This document shows, piece by piece, positions 1-1,860 of a stretch of 1,860 nucleotides of DNA (position 1 is its first letter; each line of letters opens with the position of its first letter). The translations under genes and the position numbers were made by a program. The notes beneath the pieces are model-generated. The model was not told the DNA's origin. It worked only from the letters and a program-made list of their open reading frames with translations, and ran no database searches. Source of the stretch: Naegleria gruberi (taxonomy: Eukaryota); assembly GCA_000004985.1 (NCBI GenBank), contig GG739313.1. One strand, given 5' to 3'.

Positions 1-99
1 CAATATTTCATGTATCAAGAAAAAGCCTTGATGAAATTTAAGTATCACCATTGTGGTGATGAAGCAAACGGAATAGTAAATTATGAAGTATTGTAGTTA

Positions 100-393
100 T
101 AATCGGATTGATGCTGGTTTATAGTTGTTCCGATGATGTAATACCAACTTGAATTTTTCCAAATAATAAAATAATTTCCAAATCATGATGAAGAATAAAT
201 TCCAAAAATTACTATTATTACTATTATTTAAATCATGATGAGATGATGTGGTGAAATTCTTGGAGGTAATAGATGTGAAATCACTCCAAGAATCAACAGA
301 GTCGTGATGTACCTGATGTTGATCCAATATTTTTGATAAAATATTTCGAAGTTGGTGTTCATAGAGATACCAATTCTTGTCACCACAGACGCT
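100..393 (-). CDS. Hypothetical open frame, a possible exon fragment, in the left flank of the insertion
   Basis: The minus-strand stop-to-stop frame (100-465) is open across the TIR junction. The flank-encoded part reads 'EFVSVCGDKNWYLYEHQLRNILSKILDQHQVHHDSVDSWSDFTSITSKNFTTSSHHDL...'. It is protein-like, but I recognise no domain and the sequence becomes low-complexity and hydrophobic towards its end. Confidence 0.15.
211..228. repeat. Tandem 9-mer (ACTATTATT x2), flanked by a 12-mer direct repeat AAATCATGATGA at 180-191 and 230-241
   Basis: Read directly from the sequence. This is a short simple repeat. Confidence 0.4.
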
Positions 394-401
394 AACAAAC
401 T
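394..401. repeat. Target-site duplication copy 1 (AACAAACT)
   Basis: Identical 8-mer in direct orientation abutting the outer end of each TIR. Confidence 0.6.
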
Positions 402-417
402 CAGGGGGGCGGAAAGT
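402..417. repeat. Left terminal inverted repeat CAGGGGGGCGGAAAGT
   Basis: Exact reverse complement of 1327-1342. It contains a G6 run, which is rare in this AT-rich window. Confidence 0.75.
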
Positions 418-1255
418 GAAGAAAAATGGTGAGAAAGGAAAAAATAAACAAAAAACAACCAGTTTTTAATTTTCTGAACAACCAAAACCAAAGCCATGTT
501 TCAGACCTTGTAAAGTAACTTTCTGATTATTAGCCAGAAATGCTTTAAGAATCAACTTTTTTCGTAACTCCACAAACAGTACAGCAAAAGGGTTTTGCCA
601 TTTTTTGGAAGTTTTTGGTAAATAAAAATGCATAATAATTGTGATTGAGATTAAACATTATTATCTGCCACATCGAAGAAACAATTCCAACCTTTGATAT
701 TTGGAATATATCATTACTACATGAATTATCGCGATTTGACAGAAGGTATTTTTTATTTTTTGCTTCTATCTTAAGAACGAAAGTTAGCCATCACACTCAT
801 TCAATTTCATACCAAAACCAAGCGTACACAGATAGTTCAAAAAATCCTCCAGCCACAACGAAGGAATCTTTTAAAGGTGTCATGTGTTCAATTATTGAAC
901 TTTATGAAATTTAAAAGTAACTGAGAGAAGCTATTTTTTTATTTCATCGTATTTATTTTTTTTAATACTTCCTAAATAGTGCATGTGTTTTTAGCTTAAA
1001 ATTTAATTCTGAAAATATGCTGTTTACGATAAATACTTCACAGAAATGAATAATTCCAAGATGAGAAATATATATATTGGTACTGAAATGTCTTCAAATT
1101 ACTAAAGTTTTGGGAAACATCATCCTCGACCCTGAGAGTATCTATGTGAATAAATTCTAGACACCAAGACGTGAATATGTGAATTAAAATCGATATTGTG
1201 AAACTTCACGTGTTTATAGAACTGTAACAGATTATTGGATGTATAGAGTTGTATA

Positions 1256-1261
1256 TTTATT
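1256..1261 (-). promoter_or_regulatory. Candidate polyadenylation signal (AATAAA on the minus strand) for the Sel1/ZZ gene, located inside the transposon
   Basis: Plus-strand TTTATT at 1256-1261 is AATAAA on the minus strand. It lies about 140 nt downstream of the TAA stop at 1401-1403. No minus-sense AATAAA exists in the 50-nt native flank between the stop and the insertion. Confidence 0.2.
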
Positions 1262-1326
1262 GAAAAAACATATATCGACTTGGAACCACTTTGACAATTC
1301 TCAACATTTTCGCTCGGCTGATACCA

Positions 1327-1342
1327 ACTTTCCGCCCCCCTG
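1327..1342. repeat. Right terminal inverted repeat ACTTTCCGCCCCCCTG
   Basis: Exact reverse complement of 402-417. Confidence 0.75.
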
Positions 1343-1350
1343 AACAAACT
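1343..1350. repeat. Target-site duplication copy 2 (AACAAACT)
   Basis: Identical 8-mer in direct orientation abutting the outer end of each TIR. Confidence 0.6.
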
Positions 1351-1400
1351 TAAAGTTGGGTTCTAATAAAAAACTTACTTTCAATAAACTATAATGTAAC

Positions 1401-1860
1401 TTATTCAAGGAGTTTGATCAATGTTTCCAATTTTGTGTGCTTTGGTTTTTCATTTAACTGCTTTAGCAAAGGAACAAAAAGTTGTAAAGCGTGGTGTTTG
1501 GCAAATTTTGAGTTTCCACATTTGTTGCATTTAGCTCCATTCTCGTAACATCGTTGGCATAAATCAAAATCACATGATAAATTAGCACATTCATAATTAA
1601 ATCCAAAATCTTCCACAAAACATTCATTGCAACAACAGCTTGAATTTACCTTACTGAGAAATCTGTCATCGAATTGAGTACCTAATTTTCCCAAAAATTG
1701 TCTACTTTTTTCCAAATCTAGCTCACAATCATGTAATCCAAAGTAGTGCATAATTCCAAAGAGAATGGTACATGAATGATCTCCTTGATCACACGCCTCT
1801 TTAAGCCAAAACATGGCTCGATCTATATCTTGCTCAACACCTTCCCCTGAAGAAAACATC
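1401..1860 (-). CDS. C-terminal part of a Sel1-repeat / ZZ-type zinc-finger protein; the 5' end continues beyond the window edge, and the TAA stop is at 1401-1403
   Basis: Continuous 152-codon minus-strand frame running to the window edge. The translation has a Sel1-like repeat ('GEGVEQDIDRAMFWLKEACDQGDHSCTILFGIMHYFG') followed by a Cys-rich ZZ signature ('CCCNECFVEDFGFNYECANLSCDFDLCQRCYENGAKCNKC...HH'). Codon usage is non-random and nematode-like (GGA used 7 times for Gly, AGA for Arg). Confidence 0.7.
   Translation of the reverse strand, partial: MFSSGEGVEQDIDRAMFWLKEACDQGDHSCTILFGIMHYFGLHDCELDLEKSRQFLGKLGTQFDDRFLSKVNSSCCCNECFVEDFGFNYECANLSCDFDLCQRCYENGAKCNKCGNSKFAKHHALQLFVPLLKQLNEKPKHTKLETLIKLLE
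1491..1637 (-). other. ZZ-type zinc-finger domain within the CDS
   Basis: Spacing is C-x2-C-x10-C-x4-C-x4-C-x2-C-x6-C-x2-C followed by HH. It contains the ZZ hallmarks 'G-x-R/N-Y-x-C' (GFNYEC) and 'DFDLC..C', as seen in p62/SQSTM1, dystrophin and CBP ZZ domains. Confidence 0.6.
1737..1859 (-). other. Sel1-like (TPR-like) repeat unit within the CDS
   Basis: Matches the Sel1 consensus G.GV..D...A..W...AA.QG...A...LG..Y..G: 'SGEGVEQDIDRAMFWLKEACDQGDHSCTILFGIMHYFG'. Further repeats probably lie beyond the window edge. Confidence 0.55.

Larger units (their letters stand above)
402..1342. mobile_element. Non-autonomous hAT-like DNA transposon (MITE-like, 941 bp) with perfect 16-bp TIRs and an 8-bp target-site duplication
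   Basis: Perfect inverted repeat 402-417 / 1327-1342, immediately flanked by the perfect direct repeat AACAAACT (394-401 and 1343-1350). The ends start CAGGG (hAT YARNG motif). An 8-bp duplication is typical of hAT. There is no long internal ORF. An imperfect subterminal inverted similarity also exists (GAAAAATGGTGAGAA at 421-435 versus rc GAAAATGTTGAGAA near 1296-1309). Confidence 0.6.

Noticed and set aside
97-327. Minus-strand 76-aa ORF as an independent gene
   Set aside because: It has a TTG pseudo-start. The same frame is actually open upstream to 465. I treat it only as part of the low-confidence possible exon, not as a called gene.
228-497. Minus-strand 89-aa ORF with an ATG at 495-497
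   Set aside because: The ATG and first 30 codons lie inside the transposon and the rest in the flank, so the ORF exists only through the insertion junction. The translation is hydrophobic and low-complexity. Its flank part is folded into the low-confidence 100-393 note instead.
481-822. 11-12-nt direct repeat ACCAAAACCAA(G) at 481-491 and 811-822
   Set aside because: A single short A/C-rich match in a 1.9-kb AT-rich window is within chance expectation and shows no flanking similarity.
645-914. Plus-strand 89-aa ORF inside the transposon
   Set aside because: It starts at TTG, an alternative start from a bacterial ORF model that is inappropriate here. It has no recognisable motif and a low-complexity translation, and it lies wholly inside the non-autonomous element. 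It is far too small and dissimilar to be a hAT transposase.
1196-1211. Small palindromes GTGAAACTTCAC and CACGTG (an E-box-like site) inside the element
   Set aside because: Arms of 5-6 bp are expected by chance and there is no supporting context for a regulatory role.
141-1330. 10-mer ATACCAACTT shared between the left flank (141-150) and the right inner end (1321-1330)
   Set aside because: About one such 10-mer coincidence is expected at this window size and composition. It does not align with the TIR/TSD geometry.
1120-1347. Minus-strand 75-aa ORF
   Set aside because: Its TTG start lies inside the target-site duplication and the ORF runs through the right TIR into the element interior. 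This is a chance open frame, not a gene.
1-1860. CRISPR arrays, tRNA or rRNA genes, prokaryotic promoters or terminators, or a defence-system locus
   Set aside because: There are no regularly spaced repeats, no cloverleaf-compatible segments and no rho-independent terminator hairpins. The sequence is eukaryotic, so these models do not apply.

Overview
The window is AT-rich (GC looks like roughly one third) and reads as eukaryotic, not prokaryotic. The one convincing gene is a partial coding sequence on the minus strand (1401-1860, continuing past the window edge). It encodes a Sel1-like repeat followed by a textbook ZZ-type zinc finger ('GFNYEC...CDFDLCQRC'). Its codon usage is nematode-like (GGA for Gly, AGA for Arg, CAA for Gln). 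The most notable structure is a 941-bp insertion at 402-1342. It is bounded by perfect 16-bp terminal inverted repeats (CAGGGGGGCGGAAAGT / ACTTTCCGCCCCCCTG) and flanked by a perfect 8-bp direct duplication (AACAAACT at 394-401 and 1343-1350). That is the signature of a non-autonomous hAT-superfamily DNA transposon: an 8-bp target-site duplication and ends starting CAGGG, matching the YARNG pattern. The insertion has no transposase-sized ORF. It sits about 58 bp downstream of the stop codon of the Sel1/ZZ gene, so it probably lies in or next to that gene's 3' UTR. The only canonical AATAAA in the gene's orientation is inside the insertion. The ORF-track entries 228..497, 645..914 and 1120..1347 use TTG starts and/or cross the transposon ends, and I regard them as chance ORFs in AT-rich DNA. 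A protein-like minus-strand open frame in the left flank (100-393) is noted at low confidence. I found no CRISPR array, rRNA, tRNA or prokaryotic operon or defence-system structure.
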